Part shown: positions 11,519-24,659 of the stretch, piece after piece | How the letters are laid out: the number at the start of each line of letters is the position of its first letter | Numbering within the stretch: the first letter of the stretch is position 1 | From: Harriotta raleighana | Lineage: Eukaryota | Length of the DNA: 64,000 bases | Assembly: GCA_050575255.1 (NCBI GenBank) | Contig: JBNZDD010013634.1 | Location: 308,224 to 372,223, forward strand | Direction of reading: 5' to 3' | The notes under the pieces: model-generated | Told to the model about the DNA's origin: nothing | What the model saw: the letters and a program-made list of their open reading frames with translations, nothing else | Databases searched by the model: none | Made by a program: the position numbers and the translations under genes

Positions 11519-14500
11519 GTACGTTAGCGCTGCTTGCCTTAAAAAAAACCATACACATAAAAAAATCTCAATAGCAAATCCATTCAGCACCTGTAACGAC
11601 ACATAGCAAATGTGCGTCGTTCTCAAACCGCATTTCAGCCAAAGACAGAACCATCTGATCAGATGGAATGAATATTGTTTCCTGTACGATCTGAAAAGAT
11701 CACACGCTCAGATATTGAAAATATATTAATCTTCACAGCATTATCAATTAAATTAGTAGCAGCTCATACTTAACAGCAATTCAGTGTGTGAGATATTCAG
11801 TGTAATTGCAGGTATGTTGGTATGAGGAACTGTGCAGTTTGATCAGTGAGTCGGTGAGTTGTTAAGATGGTTTTGGTCTTGGAATGTTAGTGTTTGTTAA
11901 AAGAGTGGGTTGTGTTGATGAAAGGTGCTTTCAGAATAACCCATATAGTTTAACCATTTCATGCTTGGAGCAGCCTAGATCCTTTCCGACCTTCTGCAAA
12001 GGATACATGGTTCTTTGACAATATGATATATTTTAAATGGGGGTGGGGCGGGCAAAATTACATTAAAAAAAACGTTTTGTAGAAACGTTTTGTATTGAGG
12101 GTGCCAAATGTTAGTTTTTGTATTTGGAGTGGGTGGGAGTGGGGGGAGGGAGAAGAATTTTCATTTAACTTGAATTTGTAAACCTGTGCAAAGGGCTTAA
12201 AAATTGTTTAAAGCCCACATTGGAAATTGAAACTGAAATGTTTTGATTTCATTTTTTCTTAAAACGTATAAAGTTTTTTAATGAAAAAATCCACAGGCAT
12301 GATGGGCCAATTGGCCTCCTTTTATGCTGTAGGATTCTGTGAAATCATCCGACTTTTGAATGGATGTGAATTATGGCAATAGTACCTGTGATAGATCCTT
12401 GCTATTGATAACATGAGCTGATGGAGTTCAATGCTCCATAGCTGCCTAGTGATTGACTGTAGGCCACCAGGCAGTCACATGCATGTGAAGCATTGTTTGC
12501 CTGTTTGATCGGAAAGGGTCAGCGGCTTTTTAATAAGTGATGATCCCTCTCCATCACTAACCATGGGGCAAGGGGCTTGATGTCCGTTAACTCAATCCTG
12601 TATTTGCTCTGTCGCTGTAGAATTACCAATCATATCCTACTCCACTGAAGCTTTCAATTCTCCACATAAACCCTCTGTACCTGAAACAGTGCACAAGCTA
12701 TCCAACTGTTGGCAGTCTGTTGCCTATTTCTAATGCTACCATTTAAATCCTTTACTTACTTGGCAATAACATCTAACAAGAACCCTTGCATACTGTACAC
12801 CAGCAGGCCTCATTGTGTTTACCTATAGTTATGCTATTTTATGCTAGTTACAATAAAGCAGTATTATAATCCTCAGCATTGTTCAGATCCTAATAGACTA
12901 CTTGCTCCATGACAAACTCATCATTTGATAAATGGAATCACATTAAATCTATCGCAGGTGTGGCTGTGATTTTTGTTACCTGTTTTGCACATCCTTTAAT
13001 CTTTGGATCATTGTATTCTTATCTTTGGCATTTTTTTGGGATCGAGAAAATTGAACCAGAATTAAAACATTTCACACATGGCCCAAGATTTCAGCGTTGA
13101 ATATTTGGCAAACATTTGTACTTGATTTCTTCCTCCTCATCTTTTATTTTTGCCATTTTTCTTAATGTCCAGTTTATAATGTAATGACACTTGGTGCAAA
13201 ATCACTGCCAGCCTCAGAAATTAACCTCAATAGAATCAAACCCCTGAAACAGGTCAAAGCAGAGGGTGGGGCGGGTGGGATGGGGAAGGGAGACAAAACT
13301 TTTCAATAAATATAAAGCTGCATAGAATTGAATTGTAAAGCTATAATTTTATTACCTAATGTGTATTTTTGCAGAAGTGCCCTTAACATGTTAAATCACT
13401 TGCCTGCACTTTTAATAGCTGGTTTTAAAGAAACCTCTCTGTTTTACCAAGACTTGTGTTAAACTGAATTTATATGGTGTGTGAGATAGCTGCTGTCGGT
13501 AAGACAAGCAGACCTGTATGCCATAAAATTCTGTGTATAAGTTGCATCTTTGTGACCGAGAAATCATTGAAATATAATGTGGAAGGATGGGAGAGAGAGA
13601 CTTCAAATCAACGCAAGATTTTTACCTTTTCTTTTAAAAAAAGGCTTTAACCAAAAAAGCAACCTTAAAAATAGAAAGCATTTTTTCCATTATATTATTG
13701 TACACACACAGATGTGACTTATAATCTGGATTTCGCGGGAACTAACAAGCAACAAAACTACCGGGTTATGAAATGTAGATGCCATATAGTTGTTTAATGA
13801 TAACTCACTTCAAATGTAGTTGCTTACCATCTGAAAAGCAAAATAAACCTTGTTAATTAAGACATTGGCCTTTGATGGGTTTTCATTCTCAATGGAACTA
13901 ATTTTTGTTTCATTCCATTTGTTTTAGTGATTATCCAGTGATGGATGTTTGGCAATCTTTAACACGCTGAGGTCTGGTCCTAGACCTTATTCACTAGCAT
14001 TTAGTTTTCTTGAGTACAAATGATAAATCAATGCTCTGGGAGCAAACCCAAATGAACAGCCACAATCTATAGTTGCTTTGCTGTAATTCAATCTACTATC
14101 CTGTGATGCTGTACACCACAGAACTCAATAAGTTTTCAATCTCTCTATGTTCAGTATCTCTGAATGGGGAACAAAGTGTACAGATTTGACACTTTAGCTC
14201 AGTGTCAGTGTCAAATAGTTTAGAATTCTTTCTTCCTGATTTTCTGTCTCTTTCTTTCGCTCTTTCTTTTGCTCTCTCTCTCTCTCTGAGAGTCATTTGA
14301 TGCTTGTGCATTGGCGGTTCAGAAACAAAGGGTATTGCACAAACCATTTGCATTATGTAGCTTCAAAGTGGAATTTGTCTCCACATGTGTACAAATACAA
14401 AATCAAATGTCACTGTCTCTGTTCCCTTCAGTGTGTCTTACATCAGATACCCCATGTATATCTAATGGTGTATCCATGCATGCAAAGAATGGTTATACAG

Positions 14501-15814
14501 TGGATAAGAGACACATTTATTCTCTTAGTTATTGAAGATTCTCACCAGTATTCTCACATCTTTTGGAATGGATCGGCAATCTGTGATGGGCTGAGATTTA
14601 GTAATTGAGGTTCTGTTTCATTTTTCAGGTTTCCTCCATATAATACATCTTTAGCCCAGGTCAGCACTCCCACGTAGAAGATCTGGTACCTAACCCTTCA
14701 CCATTTGCTTTCAAAGGTGTATCTTGTGATATGGACTGTGTCGTTGTTATACAGATGTGTGCTACTCTGGCCCACTTCTGTGTCTCCATTGTTACTTGCC
14801 AATCTCATCAGTGCGGTCTGATCTACCACATATAGTTTTAGTAGATGTGTTACTTTGTTCTCAAATTGTGGCAGAAATCAACTTGTTCCATAGTTTGAAC
14901 GATTTCTACCACTAATAAGTTAGTCACAGATAAGACTCTACTTCGCTTGGTTAAAGTTTTCTGGTTAAAGCAAAGCAGAGAGCAATACCTGTAGATATTC
15001 GAGGGCAGCATGGCAGAAGATCCAAGTTCAGGATTGGCAATGGGCAAGTATAGGAGAGAAACAGGAAGTGTTTCTATCCACACAGCATAATCAAAGCCAG
15101 CTTTAAACATAGAGAAGAACGATCAAAAGATGATGGAACATATATTTTTAAAGCAGCACTTTAAATGGTGCGTGACTGTTCTTGATTGCGAGTGCTGACT
15201 TGAGGCTAAACTAAATTTATCAGGAGGATACTTTCACATGTCTAATCCAGGCGGTAAGTAACAAATGTATCCAACAGACATTGATTGAGTTGGTTCCAGT
15301 ACTTATGAAGAGCCACGTTTTTTTTCTATCATTGAAAAGTGACTTGGATTTTGCAACAAACCACAAAGGAGGGAAAAAAGTGACCCCGGAGGTGATGTCT
15401 GTGTTGAAAACACCCCTGTATAAAGTTACTGCATTTACTGTAACTGTCTGATATTGCATTGGAATTATTACCACATGAAGTTCAGGAACGTGTCCACCAC
15501 ACCAGCATATCTGATGTGAACGGTTGATCTATGGATCTGATTACTGCATGGCTGTTAGATTACACTCACACACGCAGAGTGTAACATTCACAAAAGTGAT
15601 CTTTTCCCTAAAGCAAATCAAATGGTTTTCAAACATTCACTGCAGTAATTCAGAAGTACGTACATTCGTGCACTGAGCAAAGCAAAGTGCCGTGCCGATT
15701 CAATATACCCATCAATCCAATTGGGAATTCTCTGAATACGAGCCTCTGGAGTTGGTTGGATCATTGGGAGAAGTCAATGGGTAGAGATAGAGCCCAGGGC
15801 TGTAAATCACACTC

Positions 15815-16020
15815 CTAATAATAATCCCTCGAAACAAAGCACAAAAATAAAATTGGTCATTTCAATCCACAACTGTTTGTGGGACACTGCTTTGCACAAT
15901 TGACTACCACGTTTCACCCACAAATATATAGTCAATTCACTTTACAGTATATTCTGTGAAGCGCTTTGAAAAGTCTTGAAAACATGAAAAGCGCTCTATC
16001 AAATGCAGGGATTATTATTA
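15815..16020 (+). mobile_element. 5'-truncated copy of the tRNA-SINE family (body plus tail)
   Basis: ATAATCCCTC...AATTGGTCATTTCAATCCAC...GCGCTCTATCAAATGCAGGG(ATT)n; similar truncated copies at ~25595-25790, 27950-28230 and 56450-56656. Confidence 0.8.
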
Positions 16021-16830
16021 TCAGTACTGAGACATTTCTGGGTACCAGCTACAGTATAACATTGACTGAGACCTGACTGTGTGTTACCTTCCTCTCCACC
16101 AACACGCAGGGCTAAATTCCTACATAAAGAAAGTACAATATGTTTCAAGAAATCTCTTTTGATACTCTCTATACTACAGAGACATCGTCCAGTACAACAC
16201 TTGGTCACGTGCACCAGAAAGGTTTGAATCCGGAAAGTTAGCTAATCTCAGCCAGGCATTAAACCCCAGTTCCCCTGAGTGTAGGACAGGAAAATCAGCC
16301 CAGGACTCCTGGGTTGCCCTCGTGCTGCTCTCCTGGCTCCTAGTAGAAAAAATGTAGGATGTAGTGAAAGGGAAGCTATGACCATGGTGTCCAGTGTGGT
16401 TGAATAAATAAATTCATGGTAATTGGAGTTGAAGTATAGATCAGCCATGATCTAATAGGATGGTAGAACAGGCTTGAAGAGTTGAAGGGTCTACTCCTGT
16501 TCCTATGTTCCTAACCTGCCTACACTCATGATTAAAGCTCCCGTGTGTTTCCTGGCTAGTGACTCGGTGGCATCTGGCACTGGTGAAAAGAAAAGGAGTC
16601 AGATGCCTGGAGAGTAAAGAGGAAGAACTTGGCCTGGGAGGTGGGTGGTGGGAAGGCGGAGGAAAGATACTTGCCAAAGATTAAGGCCACAGGTAAATGT
16701 TAGACTCTCAAAGAATGAGACTACCAGAAACCCAATGTGTACACCATGAACACCAGCCAAGTCCAGTTTGGCTCAATGTAATGTGCAGCATGTGGAAAGG
16801 GTGACGTCTTCTGTCTGTTCCCTTTTTTAG

Positions 16831-16980
16831 TGGAAACGTGAACAAGACTTTGATTTACAGCTACTGGAGAGAGCTGCACTGGGAGAGGTGAGCAGTGAGC
16901 CCGACGGGCTCCTGAAGGTAGTGCCTGTAATGGAAGCTGACCTGGAACCACTGGATTACGATCTGGACCTCAGCAAAGAG
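16831..16980 (+). CDS. PLEKHA7: PLEKHA7 long-isoform exon (WKREQDFDLQLLERAA...LEPLDYDLDLSKE)
   Basis: tttAG/GTAACG; 150 nt; translated by hand; matches recalled WKREQDFDLQLLER...DYDLDISRE. Confidence 0.92.
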
Positions 16981-19441
16981 GTAACGACGTGTAACACAGC
17001 TCTGCGCCCGCCCCTTTGAAATGAACATCAACTGCGCTGCTAGTATTAACAAATTAGGTGAGGACTTCAGTGCACTGAAGAGATTAGACGTTAAACATCA
17101 ATTTATAAGGGAGCGAGGCAAATGCATTAAAGAATTCTTGCATTTTTTTTTGAAATTTCAGAGCTCATTTTATCTTCTTATCTTCTTTTATCTTCATTTT
17201 ATCTTCTGGGTTGCCCTCAGACTGTACATGTAAAACCCAGGGCAACCCAGACTGTACATGGTAAAACCTGCACAGGTCCTATCTTTGTCAATTGTAAAAT
17301 CACCCAAATCATTTTTCTTTGCACTCGTCCGATTTTATACACTGGTCATCTCCTAACTCGTAACGCTGCTCCCCTACCCTCTATTATTCCTACATTGAAT
17401 TACACATGAGCAGTGTAGATTATTGATTAAATAAGATTTTAGACCATCTGTACAATTTGCCTGTAAACTTGGACTTCATATAAGTCATAATAAATGTTAT
17501 GGTTCTGACCAATGCAACTTATGTGAGTTTTACCTTAGAAGTCAGAAGCTTGAATGCCAGCCTTGCTGAGTTTAGCTGGTTGGGATTGGGTGAAGGAGGT
17601 GGGATTGCGATGAGACTGGGCAGTTTACCACAAACCTTGGGACCTTCCTGCTCTGTGAAGCTCATCAGCTGGTACATTCAGCCAATCTGCACCATTAGGA
17701 CCCAACTGTGCACAGTTCACATGCTAAAACTTTGAGATTTAAGTGGACTGGTTTGCATTAGGGTGTCCTTAATCTAAACGTTGAAAGTCAGTAAATATCT
17801 GTCTTCCTGTGATGTTCAGTGAAATATTCTATTGTTTTAAAAGTACTTGGGGTGCTGTTCGAGTGACCTTTCATTGTTCCCCAGTGAACGAGAACAAGTC
17901 CTGAATGTTGATTGAATCTGCGGGGCCAAAGGTCTCTCTGTTTAATGAACACTGGGGGGCTTTTTTGGTGCTGGCGACACTTACAGGCAGGAAAAAGTTA
18001 TAGCTTTTTTATGCTACGTGAATGATTATGTACTTAAGAGAAAGTAAAGAGGCAGTTAATATTATATTTGGGAAAATTCAATGCTGAAACTGACTGAAAA
18101 TGGAAGAGAATAAATCTTAAAATCCTATGAGACATTTAATAGCGCTTGTCAAACCAAATGACTATGGCTGTGTCCACAATTTATAAATAGAATTCTGTCT
18201 TTGTGTTTTATTAAAATGGTCACTGTGCCACAGACAATTCACTCACTGTGTCCATGTTGCTGGCTGTGTGCCACAGACCGCAAAGATGCATTTTTTCACA
18301 TATTGCCATAAATATCCCCAGCAAAGTATAATATTCTTCTCTGGCGCAACTTTCCAAGGATCAGCACCTAAGGAAAGGGTTACTGATACGTGCAATTCTG
18401 TTTAGCTTCCACCTCTCTCATTTTCCTCCTCCCTCTCGTCCTGTTGCTGGCCCCAAAAGTTCTCCTGAGTGTTTGTCAGTAATAGTGTAATCATTGTGGC
18501 TCAGAGACATTTGCATCTACCGAATACCAATACCAGATTGTCTGCTGTGAGCTCCCACACGGTATGCCCTAAGGATGGCTGTACCAATGGATCCAGTCAT
18601 TATTCAACCAGTTGGGAATGTCTGGCGAGCCTGAAGGAATATGAACGGTAGCTTGCTTTGTTGCTTACAATAGTGCGGTTTCAGACACCAAGCCAGGAGG
18701 CGATGTACAGAGTCTGTATCCCAGCAGGTCGGTATCTGAAGATTACTGCATGCTCTGCAAACTCAAGGTCTGCCTGCCACTGACTTTGGGTGGCAGATTC
18801 TGGGCTCAGTTCATGCAGTGCATTGGCCAAACAGAATGTTGAGTAATGATACTGACTAGCATTTATATATGGAGCGTTTCCAGACGTGAAAGGCGCTCTA
18901 TAAATGTAAATTTGTTGTTTTGTTGTTGTTTCACTAAAAGAGATGTTTGCAGGGCAGTTCAAAACATAATGGATTAGAAATCTAAGTGAATGTTGTTTTA
19001 GAATCAATTACTTCCAAGTTGACACCTTGAACTTGTAGTCTAAGATGATACTCCAATGTAATGCTGAGTGAGTGCTGCATTGTGAGAGCCAACTTGCACC
19101 TTAAGAGGGCAGTTTAGTGGTTATTGAGATTGAAGAGAATCCCAAAGCATTACAGTTTGCATTTGTACAGTAGCTTTCATATTGGGAGTGCGTCTCAAAG
19201 CGCATGACATGGTTGGCGGGGCACTTAAAACAACAACGACAATAAAATTACATTTATAGAGCACTTTTCACATCGGGAGGACATCCCGACGTGCTTAAGG
19301 GTAGTTACTGAGTAATTGTCAGTGAACACGGGAGCCAATCTGCTCATAGAAATGATCCCCAAATGGCCAATTTTGAAACCATATCTACTATAAACTAGAG
19401 GTTCATTGTTCTTGTTATTCTGTCCTACCTTCATTCTGCAG

Positions 19442-19575
19442 TTATCCAAGCCAGACATGGTTCAGATCCCAGAGCGTTACATCGACCTGGAACCCGATGA
19501 GCCTCTCACCAGTGAAGAGCTCGAAACAAGGAGACGCAAGGTGCAAAAAATCAAAAGCATTCTCGCCAAGTCCAG
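19442..19575 (+). CDS. PLEKHA7: PLEKHA7 long-isoform exon (LSKPDMVQIPERYIDLEPDEPL...KIKSILAKS)
   Basis: tgcAG/GTACCT; 134 nt; IPERY...KI..IL motif conserved in PLEKHA5/6/7. Confidence 0.94.
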
Positions 19576-19773
19576 GTACCTAATCTACATACACAGCAAC
19601 ATTGATTTATTTGGGATAATTTGAGTAAAATGGCTGTTGTTTGGGTATCAGCTAATGAAATTCTGTTACATACGGTGCTTGTTAAGTTAGTTGCGTATAA
19701 TGTGCTCATGAAATTCTGGAAGGATCTTTCAGGGGGTCACAAAGGATTAATGTACTCTTTCTTTCTGCATCAG

Positions 19774-19916
19774 TTTTCAGAACGTACAATCCGGAGTCAT
19801 CCACAGCAAAGAGAACTCTCTGGATGTGGACGTGCAACTACAGGAGCAGGAGAGAATCATCACCATGTCCTATGCCTTAGCGTCTGAGGCCTCTCAACGC
19901 AGCAAACTAGTGGCAG
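19774..19916 (+). CDS. PLEKHA7: PLEKHA7 long-isoform exon (FQNVQSG...QLQEQERIITMSYALASEASQRSKLVA)
   Basis: atcAG/GTAACT; 143 nt, phase 2 to 1; QEQERII.S.ALA.EAS.RSK motif. Confidence 0.94.
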
Positions 19917-20442
19917 GTAACTGGCAAAGTGCTCTGTGGGCATTGGCGCTTTTCATACATGCATTTTGCCTTCACATGTGCCCAACAGCTGGTTGTGAGG
20001 GTGGAAAAAGACTTATCAATAAACTGGAGGGCAAGTTGTACTCGAGTGCTCTGTTGCACCCCCAATGGGTAGAGTGATGTACAGTATTAAGGCTACATTC
20101 TCTAACCAGAGCTCAGATGATGGTTATACTTATTATCCTCTCAAACTGTCAATCGCTCTTTGTTTACAACATCATCACACAAGCCCCTTTGTCAGATCAG
20201 TGCTTTGCGGTTGCTTGCATGTGTCCGTTACCCTTGGTGTAAATGGTGATAACAACATGTGATTGTTGCGTGTGGAGGCAAAATGTAATTGAAGTTTGCA
20301 AGCCAAAAAAACCCACTAACTACCAAAGCCCAGTCAAATGAAGAGTGAAGTTGCACACTGACTGACTGTCTATGCATGTGATGCTTATTAACCTTTTCTT
20401 TTAACATTTACTACCCTTATGTTTCTGTGTGATCCCTTCCAG

Positions 20443-20522
20443 CTCAACAACAAGTCCATCCTTCGGCATCCTCCCCTCCTCATTCCCCTCTTAGCAATGG
20501 ATTCCACTACACGTTTGTCTAA
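20443..20522 (+). CDS. PLEKHA7: PLEKHA7 alternative C-terminal exon (AQQQVHPSASSPPHSPLSNGFHYTFV*); exon extends to a donor at 20535
   Basis: tccAG acceptor in phase 1; TAA at 20520-20522; GTAAG donor at 20536; ends in a class I PDZ-binding-like T-F-V. Confidence 0.85.
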
Positions 20523-21857
20523 GCAAAGTTGCAAAGTAAGGATTGGCAGCTTCAGTTATAATAATAATAATCCTTACATTTATATAGCGCTTTCCACATT
20601 TTATCGACGTCACAAAGCGCTTCACAGAATACAACAATATCCCAGAGGAGGGACAGGGGTCGGAGCAGGTGAGGGGTCGGTGTGGGGAGAAGAAAAGAGG
20701 GAAGAAAGAGGTAGGGACCAGAGCAGCAGGGGAGGGGTCGTGGTAGGGGGAAGGAGAGTAGGAAGATTGACTGTATATTTGTGGGTGAAACTCGGCAGCC
20801 AAATTGTGCACAGCAGGGTCCCACAAACAGTCATAGAAGTGGGGCTAGGGGAGAAAGGGGGAAAGATGACAAGGGGAGGGGTTGGGTAGGGGGAAGGAGA
20901 GCAGGAAAAACCAACTGCATATTTGTGGGCAAAATTAAAATTATTGTTCCCGATGTCTTTGTTATGGCTTTGACTTTGGGCACTACACTCCTGTAGCTCA
21001 TTCACTAGAAGTGCAGAGTCATTGAGCTTAAATTAAAAGAGGCGAAATATGATTATTGAGTGTTATATTACACACATTTTGTTTTATGGGTCTAAAATGC
21101 AGCTCATTAATGCAGCGGTCCTCCTTTCATTGCTCTAACAAAGACCGGTGTGATGAATTCAAATGAATCGTGGATTGTGTTATTTAACTGGCTTTTTAAT
21201 CCTGCGTTATCGAGGAAAGAGAGATGATTTGGAAAATTAATTCATAACCAGATTGCATTGCTTTTACACCCGTACTACCATTTGCCTCCCAGATTCCTAC
21301 TCCCTTTAGAACTCATCCACTTTCAAGGTTCCAAGCATTCAATGTTCTCAGTGATCATCACCTAGATCTGAAGAGTCAAGTTGCCTGCAAGGGTCAAAGT
21401 CTTCAGCAGTTTGCCCGCTCTGGGTTGCATTATGCATCTACAGTTGCGAGAGCAAGTCGCCCAGGAAAGTGAAGATTTCAACAGGGGCTTGTGTGGAGTA
21501 TGAAGACTGGCAAGGTCTAGCTGGGCAGATGGCCTGTATCCGTGCCCCATCACTACAAAACCCTAAATGTCTTCTGATCTAGATATTCCTAAAGTGAGGA
21601 AAGGTTCCTTCTGATCTCAGGTCTTTCACGCAAGCTATCTGGATCCGTAATTTAAATTCAATAATCTCACTTCATTGGATTGCTCCACTCCGCTCAGCCT
21701 ATTTTAAAAACAAAAACACCAGGATCATATTTCCCCCCATTTTCTTTTCACCAATGGAAAATTATTTCATGCCTTTACATCGCTCTTTGTATCTAAAAGC
21801 TCCCAGAGTAAACCTTTTCGCTTCCCTGTGAATCTTCTTCGACATAGCATCTTCATC

Positions 21858-22092
21858 GAATAGAATCTTATAGCACAGAAGGAGGCCATTCTGCCCATCG
21901 TGCCTGAGCTGGCTCTTTGAAAGAAGATTGCAATCCATTTTGTCACAATCCCCTGCTCATTCCTCTTGGCCTTTCCATTTTCTTTCCTTTCAAGAGTATA
22001 TACAATTCTCCTTTGAAAGTTATTATTGAATCTGTTTCCTCCACTCTTTCAGGCAGTGCATTCCAGATTGTACCAGTTCACTGTGTAAAAAG
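21858..22092 (-). mobile_element. CR1 LINE 3' end
   Basis: The reverse complement gives a degenerate FTQ...WNALPE.V..TDSIITFK.EL and the CR1/HE1-type tail GATGGGCAGAATGGCCTCCTTCTGTGCT...ATTCT. Other CR1 relics at ~12295-12345(+), 33110-33250(+), 41480-41760(-), 46930-47220(-). Confidence 0.8.
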
Positions 22093-22982
22093 ATTGGGTG
22101 CTCAAAATTGCGCACAGATATATAGCTCTTACCAATAGCTCTTATCAGGGGAGAAATTACTTGCCAAAAGACTATACTTGACCACCTGGTATTCAAAACC
22201 TTGCCATCTAAGAAAATGTGAGATCATATTCAAGATTATGTAGTAGAAATAATACAATATATCAGTGTTCTCCCGAAAGTTGAACAGACTACCCATAATG
22301 GGAGAGTAAGATTATTTCAGCAAATTCAAGATGGAATTAGAAAAATTCGATTTGGTGAAAAATTCAATTTAGAGTTGTGAGAGTGAGTGTCGGTTTCTTT
22401 TACAAGTTTTTTAACTTGGGGTCTGAGACCAACCAGATGGACCTCAATGGTCACCGGGAAGCAAGAGGACAAAATGGTGGAGAGGTGAGAGGCTGGGGAT
22501 GAGAGAACTATCACCTATCAGATGATTTCTTGCCTTGTGTCCCTCTCAGGAGTACAATGAGGTGTACAAGGACACCTCATTGTCTCCAGACATTTACCTC
22601 TCTCGGATGTAGACCATCACTATTTACACGATTATTGTAAATGATTCCTCCCACAAATATACAGTCAATTCACTTTACAGTATATTCTGTGAAGCCCTTT
22701 CAGAGATCTAGAAGATTATTATTCCACTTTTTTAAGTATCTTCAGGGGTCTGAGAGGTGAACTCCAGCTAATTTGCCAATCGGTGCCTAAAATGGGATTT
22801 CCCATGGTTTGCTCACATCAGAGAACCAAATGCATTGAGCTTCCTCGTCCTCGTAGGTCCTATTATCAAATGACTGAGACATGAACTTCACGATATAGAT
22901 TTTGCTCATTTTAAAAAGGACTGATTGTTAGCAGGACTCATGAAGTGTAGAGACTCACCTTTGCCTTTTCTCCCCAAATTAG

Positions 22983-23005
22983 CTAAAGCTCTGGCTGAAC
23001 ACTAA
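22983..23005 (+). CDS. PLEKHA7: PLEKHA7 terminal exon, coding part (AKALAEH*), followed by 3' UTR
   Basis: Polypyrimidine tract plus attAG at 22981-22982; phase 1 fits exon 19774-19916; followed by AT-rich, repeat-poor UTR-like sequence. Confidence 0.75.
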
Positions 23006-23359
23006 CCGAAGAGCGAGCTGAGCAAGAGGGAAATATTGCCACAAAGTGACCAAGAGCAGTGTTGTATGACACTTGACCTATACTAACTGGCTGGAGATAA
23101 ATAAAATCTCATCGGCAGATTTTTTTTCTACTAAACAAAAATGCAAAATAACTTTGTTGGAGGTGAGCTGGTAGCTGGATCGCTATGAGACTGGATGAAC
23201 ATTTAAAAAGGGAAGCTATTTTTCTAAACATACAAAAAACATTTTAGCAAATGTTCAGTGACTTTGATGCTGGGAGGAAAAGTCTTTAACACAGAAAGAT
23301 TTGTTTGCCGTAGGTTTTAACATGTTTTTTTAAAACATATGATGTTGCACTTTTTAATA

Positions 23360-23412
23360 TATAAATATATATATACATATATATATATTCACATATAGAT
23401 ATATATATATGT
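23360..23412. repeat. (AT)n-rich microsatellite in the PLEKHA7 3' UTR
   Basis: Direct inspection; other simple repeats at ~2538-2565 (GT/GCGT), 3336-3364 (CT), 14245-14287 (CT), 26620-26652 (C/CA), 62632-62669 and 63809-63847 (GT/AT). Confidence 0.85.
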
Positions 23413-24004
23413 ATCCACACCATGAAAGGCTGGTTTTGCTGCATTTTAGAATCAGGATATATTGAAACAAGTTTATACAAAAATTGCTAATTATTCAGAG
23501 CAGTTTTGCTGTGTTGTGAAATATATGTTCAATTTTTATTAGGCTGATTTTTGCGGCAATATTTTATTGTTCTATTTCATGGTGACTACAGATATTACAG
23601 AACAAAAGGATGGAAACACTGGTTCATCCCTGATTTACACTGAAATACTGATCTATTTTTTTGAATCTGAAATCAGCATCTAATCTCCTCAGAACTTTAT
23701 TGTTGGGTGACGAGATTTTCAAATGAATTTATTTTGTCCGAACCAAACACTGCCACAGTGAACTGTTGCCAAAACCGAACAGATTTCCACCAACAACTGT
23801 TGTGATGAATGAGTATGAAGCGGGGCAAAAAAAGCATGGATCATGACATGGAGAGTGGGTGGGGGTGGAGGGGTGTCTTGGGGGAGGAGAGAGCACGAAG
23901 AGAAACCATTGGCAGGAAGAAAATTTTTGTACAATGACACGGGCATTGAAGTAAACCAACTCTTGAAATCTGCAGGAAAAACAAAGTTGCATTTATATGT
24001 AAAT

Positions 24005-24050
24005 ATTAAAAAAACGATACTTCAACTAAAATACATGGTGTTTGTTTTTG
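24005..24050 (+). terminator. Candidate PLEKHA7 polyadenylation signal (ATTAAA plus downstream GU-rich element)
   Basis: ATTAAA at 24005-24010 followed ~25 nt later by GGTGTTTGTTTTTGTG; a proximal AATAAA also occurs at 23100-23105. Confidence 0.4.
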
Positions 24051-24659
24051 TGAAATTAACAATTTTTTTGTAAGATTAATATTGGGTCAACATGTAAAAT
24101 GCATAATGACTGCCGTGCTAACAAACCTTCTTCCATCAGCATTCATACTGTTACTGTAGCATTACTGGATCATCATCATGCCACTTTGTGCTAAATCACC
24201 TGCCAGGGAACTACATGCACATTCCCGCAACTGAGTTTATTTTTTCAAGAACCATTTTGGAGCCCAACACGTGGAAAGTTGGCACGTTTTCAGCGCCTTG
24301 GGACGTCCTCCTGACATGCAAAGCACTATATCAATGTAATGTTGTTGTTTAGATTCTACTTATATCACTTTATAGTAACTATTGTGTTTTTTGTGTAGAT
24401 AAATGCATTAGCCATTTTGCACATTGCACACAAGGTCCCACATACAACCTTGTGGTGAATGACCCATAAATCTAGACAATCGCTGGCCAGGATGCCAGGA
24501 GATAATCCTTGAGCCACTTGGGAGACACACAGGACCTTGCTTTAATGTCTCATCCAAAGACGGCGTCTCTGTGTGTTGGATTGTGATTCTGTCCTAAATC
24601 ACATGATATTATCCCCTGCCTTTCCTCCACACTTCTTACTTTTGCTGAATTCTAATATA

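Noticed and set aside
20419-21005. Cluster of overlapping 70-156 aa ORFs
   Set aside because: They arise from SINE and purine-rich inserts; the true exon uses a different frame and stops at 20522.
220-23005. Assignment to PLEKHA5 or PLEKHA6 instead of PLEKHA7
   Set aside because: The LKKNLEYLDLK, RHTSVRGLKRQSDERKRDRE and WKREQDFDLQLLER motifs, plus adjacency to C11orf58, point to PLEKHA7.
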